A DNA stretch of 64,000 nucleotides from positions 107,132-171,131 of the forward strand of contig CAVTMH010000002.1 of assembly GCA_963735785.1 (NCBI GenBank). The letters are read 5' to 3'. Origin of the DNA: an uncultured Chloroflexia bacterium. Lineage in GTDB: Bacteria > Chloroflexota > Limnocylindria > Limnocylindrales > CSP1-4. A model generated the notes under the pieces. That model was not told the origin of the DNA. It searched no databases and saw nothing but the letters and a program-made list of their open reading frames with translations. The number at the start of each line of letters is the position of its first letter. Within the stretch, counting starts at the first letter, position 1. The position numbers and the translations under genes were made by a program. Shown here piece after piece: positions 56,091-64,000 of the stretch.

Positions 56091-56104
56091 GGCCGGATCC
56101 GGCC
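56091..56104. terminator. Self-complementary 14-mer ggccggatccggcc, 8 nt downstream of the relA stop
   Basis: Seen in sequence. Hairpin followed, in minus-strand orientation, by the A/T-richer tcgcaataat. Confidence 0.25.
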
Positions 56105-56111
56105 GGCCGCC

Positions 56112-58433
56112 TCAGCCGAGATCGCGCTGGACGTTGATGACGTCCTTGAGGTTCTCGATCCGGCCCATGACCCGGGCCAGCTGCGACACCGAGTGGACCT
56201 GCAGGGTCGCGGTCACGACGGCGGTGTGGTCCGGCGTCACGCCGACGGCCGCGGCGACGATGTTGACCTTGTTCTCGGCGACGACCTGGGTGATGTCGCT
56301 CAACAGCCCGGTCCGGTCGTAGGCCTCGACGCGGATCGCGATCGGGTAGGTCTGGGTCGCCTCGGCCTCCCACTCCACGTCGATGAGCCGGCTCACCTCC
56401 CGTTCGTTGACGACCGTCGGACAGGACTGGAGGTGGACGGTCACGCCCTTGCCGCGGGTGATGAATCCGACGATCGGGTCGCCAGGGATCGGCGAACAAC
56501 ACTTCGCGAAGCGGACGAGCAGGTCGCCCACGCCCTTGACCCGGACGCCCCCGGTCCGCGCGACCTGCTGCGGCGGCGCGACCGTCGGCAGCTGGCTCTG
56601 GCCGTCGTCGACCACGCCGAGGCGCATGACCACGGTCTGAGGGCCGACCGCCCCGTAGCCGATCGCGGCGTAGAAGTCGTCGGGCGTGTCGTAGTTGAGG
56701 TTCTTCGCCACCTCGGCGATCTTGTCGTGCCCTACGGCCGCGATCGTCGTGCGTGCCAGGCGGCGCAGCTCACGCTCGAGCGATTCCTTGCCGTGGACGA
56801 TGTTCTCGTCGCGGTCCTTGCGCTTGAACCACTGGCGGATCTTTTCGCGGGCATGGCTGGTGCGGACGACGTTGAGCCAGTCGCGGGACGGGCCGTGCTC
56901 GCCCTTCGTCGTCACGATCTCGACGATGTCGCCGTTCTTGAGGCGGTAGTCGAGCGGCACGAGCCGGTTGTTCACCTTCGCACCGATCGTCCGATGGCCG
57001 ACGTCGGTGTGGATGCGATAGGCGAAGTCGAGCGGCGTGGCGCCGGCGGGGAGGTCCTTGATGTCGCCCTTCGGCGTGAACACGAAGACCTGGTCCTGGA
57101 AGATGTCGAGCTTGATGCCCTCGACGAACTCGGTCGCGTCCGACTCGGAGACGTCGCGCTGCCAGTCCATGAGTTGGCGCAGCCAGGCGAGCTTGGCGTC
57201 GTACTCGCGATCGGACTTCGTGCCTTCCTTGTAGCGCCAGTGGGCCGCGATGCCGACTTCGGACACCTGGTGCATCTGGTGGGTCCGGATCTGGATCTCG
57301 AGCGGCTTGCCGTCGATGGCGATGACCGCCGTGTGGAGCGACTGGTAGAGGTTGTTCTTGGGGACCGCGATGTAGTCGTCGAACTGCCCAGGGATCGGCC
57401 GCCAGATGCTGTGGACGATGCCGAGCGCCGCGTAGCAGTCGCGCACGTCCTCGACGAGCAGGCGGATGGCGTAGACGTCGTAGATCTCGCCGAACTCCGC
57501 GCTCTTGCGCTGCATCTTCTTCCAGATGCTGTAGATGTGCTTGGGTCGTCCCTGCAGGTCGGCCTCGATGCCGGCCGCCTCGAGGCGCGGCTTGAGCTCC
57601 GCGATGGCGCGGTCGATGTACGACTCGCGGCCCTTGCGCCGGGTGTCGAGGAGCTTGGCCAGCTCGCGGAACCGCTCGGGCTCGAGTGCCTTGAACGCGA
57701 GGTCCTCGAGCTCCCACTTCATCTGCCAGATCCCGAGCCGCTCCGCGAGCGGCGCGTAGATCTCCATCGTCTGGCGGGCGATGCGCTGCTGCTTGTCGGA
57801 CGGCAGCCCGTAGAGGGTGCGCATGTTGTGGAGCCGGTCGGCGAGCTTGATCAGGACGACCCGGATGTCCTGGGCCATCGCCAGCAGCATCTTGCGGATG
57901 TTCTCGGCCTGCTGCTGCTCGTGGCTGTGGGTGCTGAACCGGGACAGCTTCGTCACGCCATCGACGAGCTGGGCGACCTCGGCGCCGAAGCGCTCCTCGA
58001 TGTCGGTCAGGCTGTACTCGGTGTCCTCGGGGACGTCGTGCAGGAGCGCGGCCTGGACGGCGACCGGATCGATGCCGAGCTCGGCCAGGATCTGGGCCGA
58101 CGCGATGGGGTGCGTGACGTACGTCTCCCCGGTCGCCCGGCGCTGGCCGGCATGGGCTTCGACCGCCAGATCGAACGCCCCGTCGACGACCGCCAGGTCA
58201 GTGGTCTGGTGATGCTCCGCGATCGAGGCCTTGAGCGCGTTGCGCAGGACCTCGAGATCGACCTTGCCACCTGGCGACGCGCTCGACAGGGACTGGCTCC
58301 GGCGCGGGCCACGGCGCGTCGTCGACGTCGCTCGCGCGGGCTTCTCCGCGACGACAGCGGGCGTCTCAACGGCGGCCGGCTTCTCGACGACAGCCGGCTT
58401 CCGGGTCTTGGAACGTGGCGAGGTGGCGGCCAT
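56112..58433 (-). CDS. relA: Bifunctional (p)ppGpp synthetase/hydrolase RelA/SpoT
   Basis: HD hydrolase domain (HD..), synthetase domain, and TGS and ACT domains. ATG 58433 (MAATSPRSKTRKPAV..) was chosen over the upstream track start. Confidence 0.9.
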   Translation of the reverse strand: MAATSPRSKTRKPAVVEKPAAVETPAVVAEKPARATSTTRRGPRRSQSLSSASPGGKVDLEVLRNALKASIAEHHQTTDLAVVDGAFDLAVEAHAGQRRATGETYVTHPIASAQILAELGIDPVAVQAALLHDVPEDTEYSLTDIEERFGAEVAQLVDGVTKLSRFSTHSHEQQQAENIRKMLLAMAQDIRVVLIKLADRLHNMRTLYGLPSDKQQRIARQTMEIYAPLAERLGIWQMKWELEDLAFKALEPERFRELAKLLDTRRKGRESYIDRAIAELKPRLEAAGIEADLQGRPKHIYSIWKKMQRKSAEFGEIYDVYAIRLLVEDVRDCYAALGIVHSIWRPIPGQFDDYIAVPKNNLYQSLHTAVIAIDGKPLEIQIRTHQMHQVSEVGIAAHWRYKEGTKSDREYDAKLAWLRQLMDWQRDVSESDATEFVEGIKLDIFQDQVFVFTPKGDIKDLPAGATPLDFAYRIHTDVGHRTIGAKVNNRLVPLDYRLKNGDIVEIVTTKGEHGPSRDWLNVVRTSHAREKIRQWFKRKDRDENIVHGKESLERELRRLARTTIAAVGHDKIAEVAKNLNYDTPDDFYAAIGYGAVGPQTVVMRLGVVDDGQSQLPTVAPPQQVARTGGVRVKGVGDLLVRFAKCCSPIPGDPIVGFITRGKGVTVHLQSCPTVVNEREVSRLIDVEWEAEATQTYPIAIRVEAYDRTGLLSDITQVVAENKVNIVAAAVGVTPDHTAVVTATLQVHSVSQLARVMGRIENLKDVINVQRDLG

Positions 58434-58488
58434 GGCCCGAAAGGATAGCAGCGGGTCCCGCCCGATCAGGGTCGCCGGACGTCCCGGG

Positions 58489-60108
58489 TCAGCCCCCGTA
58501 CCCGAGTTCGGCGAGCAATTCCAGCGCCGTCGCCCGTTCATCCCACGCTCGTTCGCCGTCCGGTCCGATGATCGAGCGCTCGTGGCCCTTGCCGGCCAGC
58601 AGGACGATGTCACCGGGTCGAGCGGCCTCGAACGCGGCCGCGATGGCCGCCCGGCGATCCGCGATGAGCTGCAGGTCCCCCCCACGCCGCCGACCGGCCG
58701 CCTCGGCGCCCCGCGCGATCTCGTCGAGGATGGCGTCGCGATCCTCGCCGCGCGGATCCTCGTCGGTGACGACCACGAGGCGGGCCCGCTCGCCGGCGAT
58801 CCGGCCCATCTGGGGGCGCTTGGCGGTGTCGCGTTCCCCGGCCGATCCGAAGACGGCGATCAACCCGCCGCCCCGCGCCGCGGCTGCGGGTGCCAGCAGG
58901 TCGAGGACCATCTGGAGCGAGGCCGGGCTGTGGGCGAAGTCGACGATCACGCCGAACGGCTGGCCGGCATCGACCCGCTCCATCCGGCCGGGAACGCCCT
59001 CGACGGAGGCAAGGCCCTCGCGCACGGCGGCCGGATCCAGGGCCAGGACCTCACCGAGGGCGACGACCGCCAGGGCGTTGTGCACGTTGAACCGCCCGGC
59101 CAGTCGGAGCCCGAGCGTCCCCGCGCCGCCGGGCGCCTCGATGTCCGCTCGGAGACCGCCCGCGTCCTCCGTGATGCGTGTCGCGCGGACATCGGCCGCG
59201 GTCTCGGTGCCATAGGTCACGACCGTCGCGCCGGCGTCGCGGGCCGTGCCGATGAACACTCCGGCGGATGGGTCGTCGACGTTGACGATGGCCGCCGGAG
59301 CGATCGGCCGCGGCTTGCTGACGTCCCGCGCGGCGCGCAGGCGCTCGAACAGCGACAGCTTGGCGTCGCGGTAGGCCTCCCACGTCCCGTGCAGCTCCAG
59401 GTGCTCATGGGTGAGGTTGGTCAGGATCGCGACGTCGTAGGCCACGCTCGACACGCGGTCGAGGGCGAGCCCGTGCGAGGTCGTCTCGACGATCGCGACG
59501 TCGTCGCCGGCGTCGACCATCGCGCGCAGCGTCGCCTGCAGCTCGGGTGCCTCGGGCGTGGTCGCATGCGCTTCGTGGGCCTCGGTCCGCCCGCCGACCC
59601 GGGTCGCGATCGTGCCGATCATCCCGGCGCGCAGGCCCGCGGCCTCGAGGGCTGCGACCGCGAGATACGCCGTGGTGGTCTTGCCGTCCGTGCCGGTGAT
59701 CCCGACGACCGTGAGCTCGTTCGAGGGATCGCCGAACCACCAGGCCGCCGCGCTGGCGAGGGCCGGGCGGGTGGCATCGACGACGAGTTGCGCGGCGGCC
59801 ACCTCGGGGAGTGGCCGCTCCACGATCAGGGCGGTCGCGCCCTGGGTTACGGCCGCGGCCGCGAACTCGTGACCGTCGACCCGACCACCGGGGATGGCCA
59901 CGAACAGGCTCCCCGGGACCGCGTTCCGCGAATCGTGCGTCACCCCGGTCACCTCGACGTCGGCGAGTGCGGCACTGCCGACGGCACGGCCATCGACCCG
60001 TGTACCGCGAAGCCGTCCCTCCGCACCGAGACGGCCGACGAGCTCGCCGAGGGGGCGGGGTGGGCGGGAACCGGTCGGATCGGGGAAGGCCCCCTCGGGG
60101 GCGCTCAT
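58489..60108 (-). CDS. murE: UDP-N-acetylmuramoyl-L-alanyl-D-glutamate--diamino acid ligase MurE, with DEDPR in place of the DNPR motif
   Basis: MurE N-domain (..VTGVTHDSRNAVPGSLFVAIPGGRVDGHEF..), P-loop GITGTDGKTTT, ..TNLTHEHLELHG.., and C-terminal ..VVVTDEDPRGEDRD... ATG 60108 overlaps the femAB-2 stop (ATGA). Confidence 0.85.
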   Translation of the reverse strand: MSAPEGAFPDPTGSRPPRPLGELVGRLGAEGRLRGTRVDGRAVGSAALADVEVTGVTHDSRNAVPGSLFVAIPGGRVDGHEFAAAAVTQGATALIVERPLPEVAAAQLVVDATRPALASAAAWWFGDPSNELTVVGITGTDGKTTTAYLAVAALEAAGLRAGMIGTIATRVGGRTEAHEAHATTPEAPELQATLRAMVDAGDDVAIVETTSHGLALDRVSSVAYDVAILTNLTHEHLELHGTWEAYRDAKLSLFERLRAARDVSKPRPIAPAAIVNVDDPSAGVFIGTARDAGATVVTYGTETAADVRATRITEDAGGLRADIEAPGGAGTLGLRLAGRFNVHNALAVVALGEVLALDPAAVREGLASVEGVPGRMERVDAGQPFGVIVDFAHSPASLQMVLDLLAPAAAARGGGLIAVFGSAGERDTAKRPQMGRIAGERARLVVVTDEDPRGEDRDAILDEIARGAEAAGRRRGGDLQLIADRRAAIAAAFEAARPGDIVLLAGKGHERSIIGPDGERAWDERATALELLAELGYGG

Positions 60109-61201
60109 CGGCCAACGAGCCTGGCGGCGCGTGACACGACGCGCCCCGCGGCGTAGCGCCACGGCCGGAACACGCGTTCCTGCGCGCCGGTCATCTCGAC
60201 CCAGCTCGCACCGAACGAGCGCTTGTGCTCGTACAGCCCGGCCATCGGATCGCCCGTGGCGGGTTCCGCGTGGTCCGGGGCCACGTCCACGCCCCCGAGG
60301 TCCATCTCCGTTCGACCCTCACGGATCGCGAGCTGGATGGCTCTCCAGCGCAGCAGGTGCATGACCCCCGGGTTCGTGTCGCGGACGCCCGGGGGATCGC
60401 CCGAGTGGACCGTGGACAGCCGCTCCCCGTGGCGATACAGGATCAGGCCGCCGAGCGCCCGTCCCGGATCGGAGCTGCTCGCGAGCCTCGAGGTAGACAA
60501 GGAGCCCGGCGGCATGGGCCGCGGTCCACCAGTCGAGAAACACCTGGCGTGGCCCGAAGCGGAACCCGCGCCGCTGTCCCGTCCCCTCGAGCAAGGTCGC
60601 GAACCCGCCGAGGACCGCATCGAGCGGCTGCGACGGTTGTTCGAACAGTGGCTGACCGCCTTCCCAGCCCGCGCTGTCATAACGGTGGACGACCACGCCG
60701 TCCGTCTCCGCCGCGCTGAGCCGCTGACGCGTGCTCTTCGAGAAGCCGGCTCGCACCGCGTCGTCGTCGGCATCGGGGGCAAGGGCGAGGCTGACCCGAT
60801 GGCGGGAGGGCTGGATCTCGGGGATCGGTCGGAACCCGGCGTCGTGCAGCGCCCGGCCGTAGGCGGGCCTGGTCGGCGGGCACCTCCGCATCCGTCGCGA
60901 GGACGGCCACCCCACGACCCGCCAGCCACGCCCCGAGCTCGGCGACACGACTGCCGGCAGCCGAAGGATCCTCGCCGGGCGCGACGATCGGACCGCGCGG
61001 GGAGTAGGCGCTCGCTCCACCGATCAAGGGGAAGGGACGGAGCAGGACGAGCGCACCATGCTCCGGACCGAGCACTACATGGAGCGGCCGCCAGCCGAGA
61101 CGTCGTCGCTGCTCGGCCCAGGTCCGGGACTGATAGACGTGCCCGCCGGGGGCGTGGACGGTCCGTTGATCCCAGTCGGCGAGCTCGGCGTCTGTGGCCA
61201 C
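60105..61201 (-). pseudogene. Second FemAB-family (FemX-like aminoacyl-tRNA-dependent peptidoglycan branch) gene with two +1 frameshifts
   Basis: GTG 61201 lies 12 nt after the femAB-1 stop. The N-terminal third (..LADWDQRTVHAPGGHVYQSRTWAEQRRRLGWRPLHVV..) is in one frame. The middle (..GRALHDAGFRPIPEIQPSRHRVSLALAPDADDD..) and the C-terminal third (..GGLILYRHGERLSTVHSGD...VEMTGAQERVFRPWRY..) are each in a different frame. All three align with the intact paralogue. Shifts lie near 60868 and 60471. Confidence 0.65.
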
Positions 61202-61212
61202 GCGCGGTGCGC

Positions 61213-62268
61213 TCACTCCGCGCCCTCCGCGCTGCCGAACGCCGATGCGTTCCCGCCGCCGACGCCATGTCTCCGTCGCGCCCACCAGACACGCGCCCGA
61301 CCCGCGCCCTCGTAGACGGAACGGCCGATCGGGTCCAGCACGAGGTCCCACGCCCCGATGTAGCGAACCTCGCGCCCGCCGAAGCCGGTCTTGAAATGGG
61401 CGATGCCACCGGTCGCGAGGCCCCACAGGTCGTAGCTCGTGGCGCCGCCCTCGCGTGACGACCGGATCGCCTCCCACTTGAGGAGGTAATTGGCCCGGTT
61501 CTCGGCGCCGGCCTGGGTCATGCCGCCGTACGGCTCCACGACGCGGGGCCCGCAGCGGACCAGGAACAGCGTCGCGAGCGGGTCGCCAGCGGCCGACTGC
61601 GCGAAGAGCAGCCGTGCGCGACCGGCCGGTCGATATGCTTCCCACACGTCCCGATAGGCGCCCTCCGTGCGGATCAGGAAGCCGGCGCGGTCCGCCGTGT
61701 CGCGGTAGATCCGGTAGAACTCCCCCAGCCGGTCGCCGTCGGCGTCAACGACGACCACGCCGGCCGACCTCGCCTTGTTCACGTACTGGCGCCATTTCTT
61801 GCGCAGGTCACCCCACAGGGCGTCCTCGTCGGGGCCGAGGTCGATGACCCTCGTCGAGGCCGGCTGGATCGGCGGCGCGGGGCGCCAGCCGGCTGCGCCC
61901 AGGGCGCGGCGCAGGGACCCGTCGGCGTCGTGCGGCCCGTCGAGCTCGATCTCGGGGTCGATCCGGACGTGCGAGACGCGTCCGGCGGCAGGTGGCAGGT
62001 CGGTCCGGATACGCTCGGTGACGTCACCGATCTCCTGCTCCGACCAGGCGCGCGCCACCGGACCACGGGGTGCGTACGCGAAGCCCCACGGCAAGGGGGA
62101 CGGCCGGCGCACGAGGATCTGCGCCCCGATGCCGTCACCGGTGATCCGGTGGGCGGCCCAGCCGTTGACCGCCTTGACCTTGGCCCAACCCGTCAGTTGG
62201 AGGTACGAGCCCGGGTCGCTCGACTCGACGAAGGCGTCCCAGTCACTCGCCTCGGAGGATGCGGTCAC
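61213..62268 (-). CDS. FemAB-family peptidoglycan interpeptide-bridge aminoacyltransferase (intact)
   Basis: 351 aa. FemAB-type tandem GNAT-like pattern (..YLQLTGWAKVK.., ..FLVRCGPRVVEPYGGMTQAGAENRANYLLKWEAIRSSREGGATSYDLWG..). ATGA overlap with the murJ stop. Confidence 0.8.
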   Translation of the reverse strand: MTASSEASDWDAFVESSDPGSYLQLTGWAKVKAVNGWAAHRITGDGIGAQILVRRPSPLPWGFAYAPRGPVARAWSEQEIGDVTERIRTDLPPAAGRVSHVRIDPEIELDGPHDADGSLRRALGAAGWRPAPPIQPASTRVIDLGPDEDALWGDLRKKWRQYVNKARSAGVVVVDADGDRLGEFYRIYRDTADRAGFLIRTEGAYRDVWEAYRPAGRARLLFAQSAAGDPLATLFLVRCGPRVVEPYGGMTQAGAENRANYLLKWEAIRSSREGGATSYDLWGLATGGIAHFKTGFGGREVRYIGAWDLVLDPIGRSVYEGAGRARVWWARRRHGVGGGNASAFGSAEGAE

Positions 62269-63854
62269 GATCGGCGCGGGCGGCGGAGCGCGTCGACCAT
62301 GATCTCGACGATAGAGCGCAATTCCTCGATCCGCAAGGCGAGCGCGGTCACGACGAAGACACCGCCGTAGGCTGCAGCGACGATCAGGATGACGCCGATG
62401 AGACCGGGGACCTGGTCGAACCCACCAACGCTCGGGTCGGGCGCAAGAACGGGACCGACCACCCCATGGACGAGGACGGCCGCGAGCCCGGCGAGGGCGG
62501 TCGCGAGCACCGTGCGCAGCCCCAGCCAGGCCACGGCCGCGAATCCCAGTCGGCCGACCCGCCGGCGCAGCAGGACCAGCAGGATCGTGGCCTCGATCCA
62601 GGCGGCCAGCGCGATGGCCAGCGCGAGCCCGGGCAGGCCGAGGCGACCGACCAGCGCCAGCGCGATCGTCGTGTTGATGACGACGGCCAGGACCGCGGCG
62701 GCGACTGGTGTCCGCGTGTCATGGAGCGCGTAGAACCCACGCGCCAGCACGGCGATCAGGGCATGCGCGACCAGGCCGACCAGGAAGGCGAGGAGCGTGT
62801 CGGCCGTGAGCTCGATCGTCGCGCGGTCGAAGCGGCCGAACAGCACGGCGATGGTCTCGACCCGCAGGATCGCGCCCAGGACCGCGATCGGCAGCATCAC
62901 GAAGGACAGGAAGCGCAGGGCCCGGGTCAGCAGGGCGACGAACTCGCGATGGTTGCCACTCGCGACCTCCCGCGACAGCGACGGCAGCAGCACGACGGCA
63001 AGCGGGACGCCGATGACCCCGACCGGGATCTGCAGGAGCGTGAAGGCGATGGTGAACGCCGTCACGGCCCCGACCCCGACACCGGTCGCGAGGGCGGTCA
63101 TCACGAGGAACGTGATCTGTGTCGCGCCCAGCCCGACCGCCCGCGGGATCATCAGTCCGATCGCCCGGCGCGCGGCGCTGTCGGCCAGGTCGATGATCGG
63201 TTCGTAGCGGAAGCCGATGGCCCGCAGCGGCGCCAGCTGGACGAGGACGTGCCCCAGCGACCCGAGGACGACCCCGATCGCCAGCCCGACGGCCCCCATC
63301 GTGGGGGCCAGGGTGAACGCTGCAGCGATGATCGCGAGGTTGTAGACGCTCGGGGCGACCGCTGCGGCGGCGAACCGGCCGCGTGCGTTCAACACGCTCG
63401 TCCCGACCGACCCGAGCGCCAGCAGGATCGGGCTCAGGACCATGATCCGTGTGAGCTCGATCGTGCGACTCATGGTCGGCGCGTCGAACCCGCCAGTGAA
63501 GGCGGGCACGATGACGTCCGCTCCGACGAGCACGATCAGCCCCAGGATGGCCAGCCCGATGAGCATGAGGTTCGTGACCGTCGAGACGATGCGCCACGCG
63601 CGCCGCTCGCCGTCGGTCTCGAAGACGCTTGCAAGGACCGGGATGAGCGCCGACGACAGGGCGCCTGCCGCCACCAGCTGGAACATCAGGTCCGGGATCC
63701 GGAACGCGGCGAAGAAGGCGTCGAGCTCGGCGGTGGCGCTGGCGTCGAACGTGTTCGCGATGACCACCAGGCGCAGCCAACCCAGCACCCGCGACACGAG
63801 GAACGCGCCCGAGACGATCAGCCCGGCCCGGGCCAGGGTCCGTGCCGCGGTCAC
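62265..63854 (-). CDS. murJ: Lipid II flippase MurJ (MviN)
   Basis: 529 aa, ~14 TM, MurJ N-terminal pattern (..[43 protein letters not shown]..). GTG 63854 overlaps the upstream xerC TGA. Confidence 0.85.
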   Translation of the reverse strand: MTAARTLARAGLIVSGAFLVSRVLGWLRLVVIANTFDASATAELDAFFAAFRIPDLMFQLVAAGALSSALIPVLASVFETDGERRAWRIVSTVTNLMLIGLAILGLIVLVGADVIVPAFTGGFDAPTMSRTIELTRIMVLSPILLALGSVGTSVLNARGRFAAAAVAPSVYNLAIIAAAFTLAPTMGAVGLAIGVVLGSLGHVLVQLAPLRAIGFRYEPIIDLADSAARRAIGLMIPRAVGLGATQITFLVMTALATGVGVGAVTAFTIAFTLLQIPVGVIGVPLAVVLLPSLSREVASGNHREFVALLTRALRFLSFVMLPIAVLGAILRVETIAVLFGRFDRATIELTADTLLAFLVGLVAHALIAVLARGFYALHDTRTPVAAAVLAVVINTTIALALVGRLGLPGLALAIALAAWIEATILLVLLRRRVGRLGFAAVAWLGLRTVLATALAGLAAVLVHGVVGPVLAPDPSVGGFDQVPGLIGVILIVAAAYGGVFVVTALALRIEELRSIVEIMVDALRRPRRS

Positions 63855-64000
63855 GCGCCGACTCCCCGGCGAGCGCGCGGGTGGGCCGCACGGTAGGCCG
63901 CGGCCAGGCGCCCCGGTGAGACGTGCGTGTAGACCTGGGTCGTCGCGAGGTTCTCGTGGCCAAGCAACTCCTGGACGACACGCAGGTCGGCGCCGCCGTC
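63851..64000 (-). CDS. xerC: Tyrosine recombinase XerC/XerD-type, C-terminal ~49 codons only (gene continues beyond window end)
   Basis: ..[41 protein letters not shown] is the catalytic Tyr region. It is nearly identical at nucleotide level to the corresponding part of xerD at 21630-21710. Confidence 0.6.
   Translation of the reverse strand, partial: DGGADLRVVQELLGHENLATTQVYTHVSPGRLAAAYRAAHPRARRGVGA

Overview
64-kb chromosomal segment, roughly 72% GC, from a Gram-positive, actinobacterium-like organism. The taxonomic call is inferred from gene order: tlyA-nadK-recN, scpA-scpB-rluB-cmk-der, alaS-ruvX-mltG and pepQ-efp are classic actinobacterial syntenies. SLH-anchored exoproteins plus FemAB branch enzymes suggest a lineage with an S-layer-type envelope and interpeptide-bridged peptidoglycan, possibly Rubrobacteria-like; this is speculative.

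About 60 genes are called, almost all on the minus strand. They form long translationally coupled operons: at least 18 junctions are ATGA/GTGA/TGATG start-stop overlaps.

Content is mostly housekeeping:
- Molybdenum cofactor genes mogA-moaC-moeA next to a membrane Fe-S (CCG-domain) oxidoreductase.
- Two M50 peptidases.
- tRNA-Pro(GGG).
- gpsA, der, ispH, plsC, cmk, rluB, scpAB.
- xerD, recN, nadK, tlyA.
- dxs, xseAB, efp, pepQ.
- mltG, ruvX, alaS.
- mnmA, iscS/nifS, typA.
- aspS, hisS, relA.
- A murJ-femAB-femAB-murE cluster, and a partial xerC at the window edge.

No CRISPR array, rRNA or obvious mobile element was seen.

Non-routine items:
1. A two-gene insertion between alaS and ruvX: an FtsA/PilM-like actin-fold ATPase plus a ~670-aa single-pass membrane protein.
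2. A pair of cell-wall-anchored (triple-SLH) oxidoreductases, one lysyl-oxidase-like and one PQQ-dependent sugar dehydrogenase. A third SLH protein lies elsewhere.
3. A peptidoglycan-branching operon, murJ-femAB-femAB*-murE. Its MurE has a variant DNPR motif (DEDPR).
4. At least eight single-nucleotide (+1) frameshifts, all clustered in three genes: pepQ (5), femAB-2 (2) and dxs (1).
5. Several small or atypical-composition genes: a low-GC orphan between hisS and relA, a Cys-repeat lipoprotein between pepQ and efp, and small TM peptides between xseA/xseB and upstream of an alpha/beta-hydrolase.

Coordinates for internal starts were derived by hand from the sequence and may be off by a codon.
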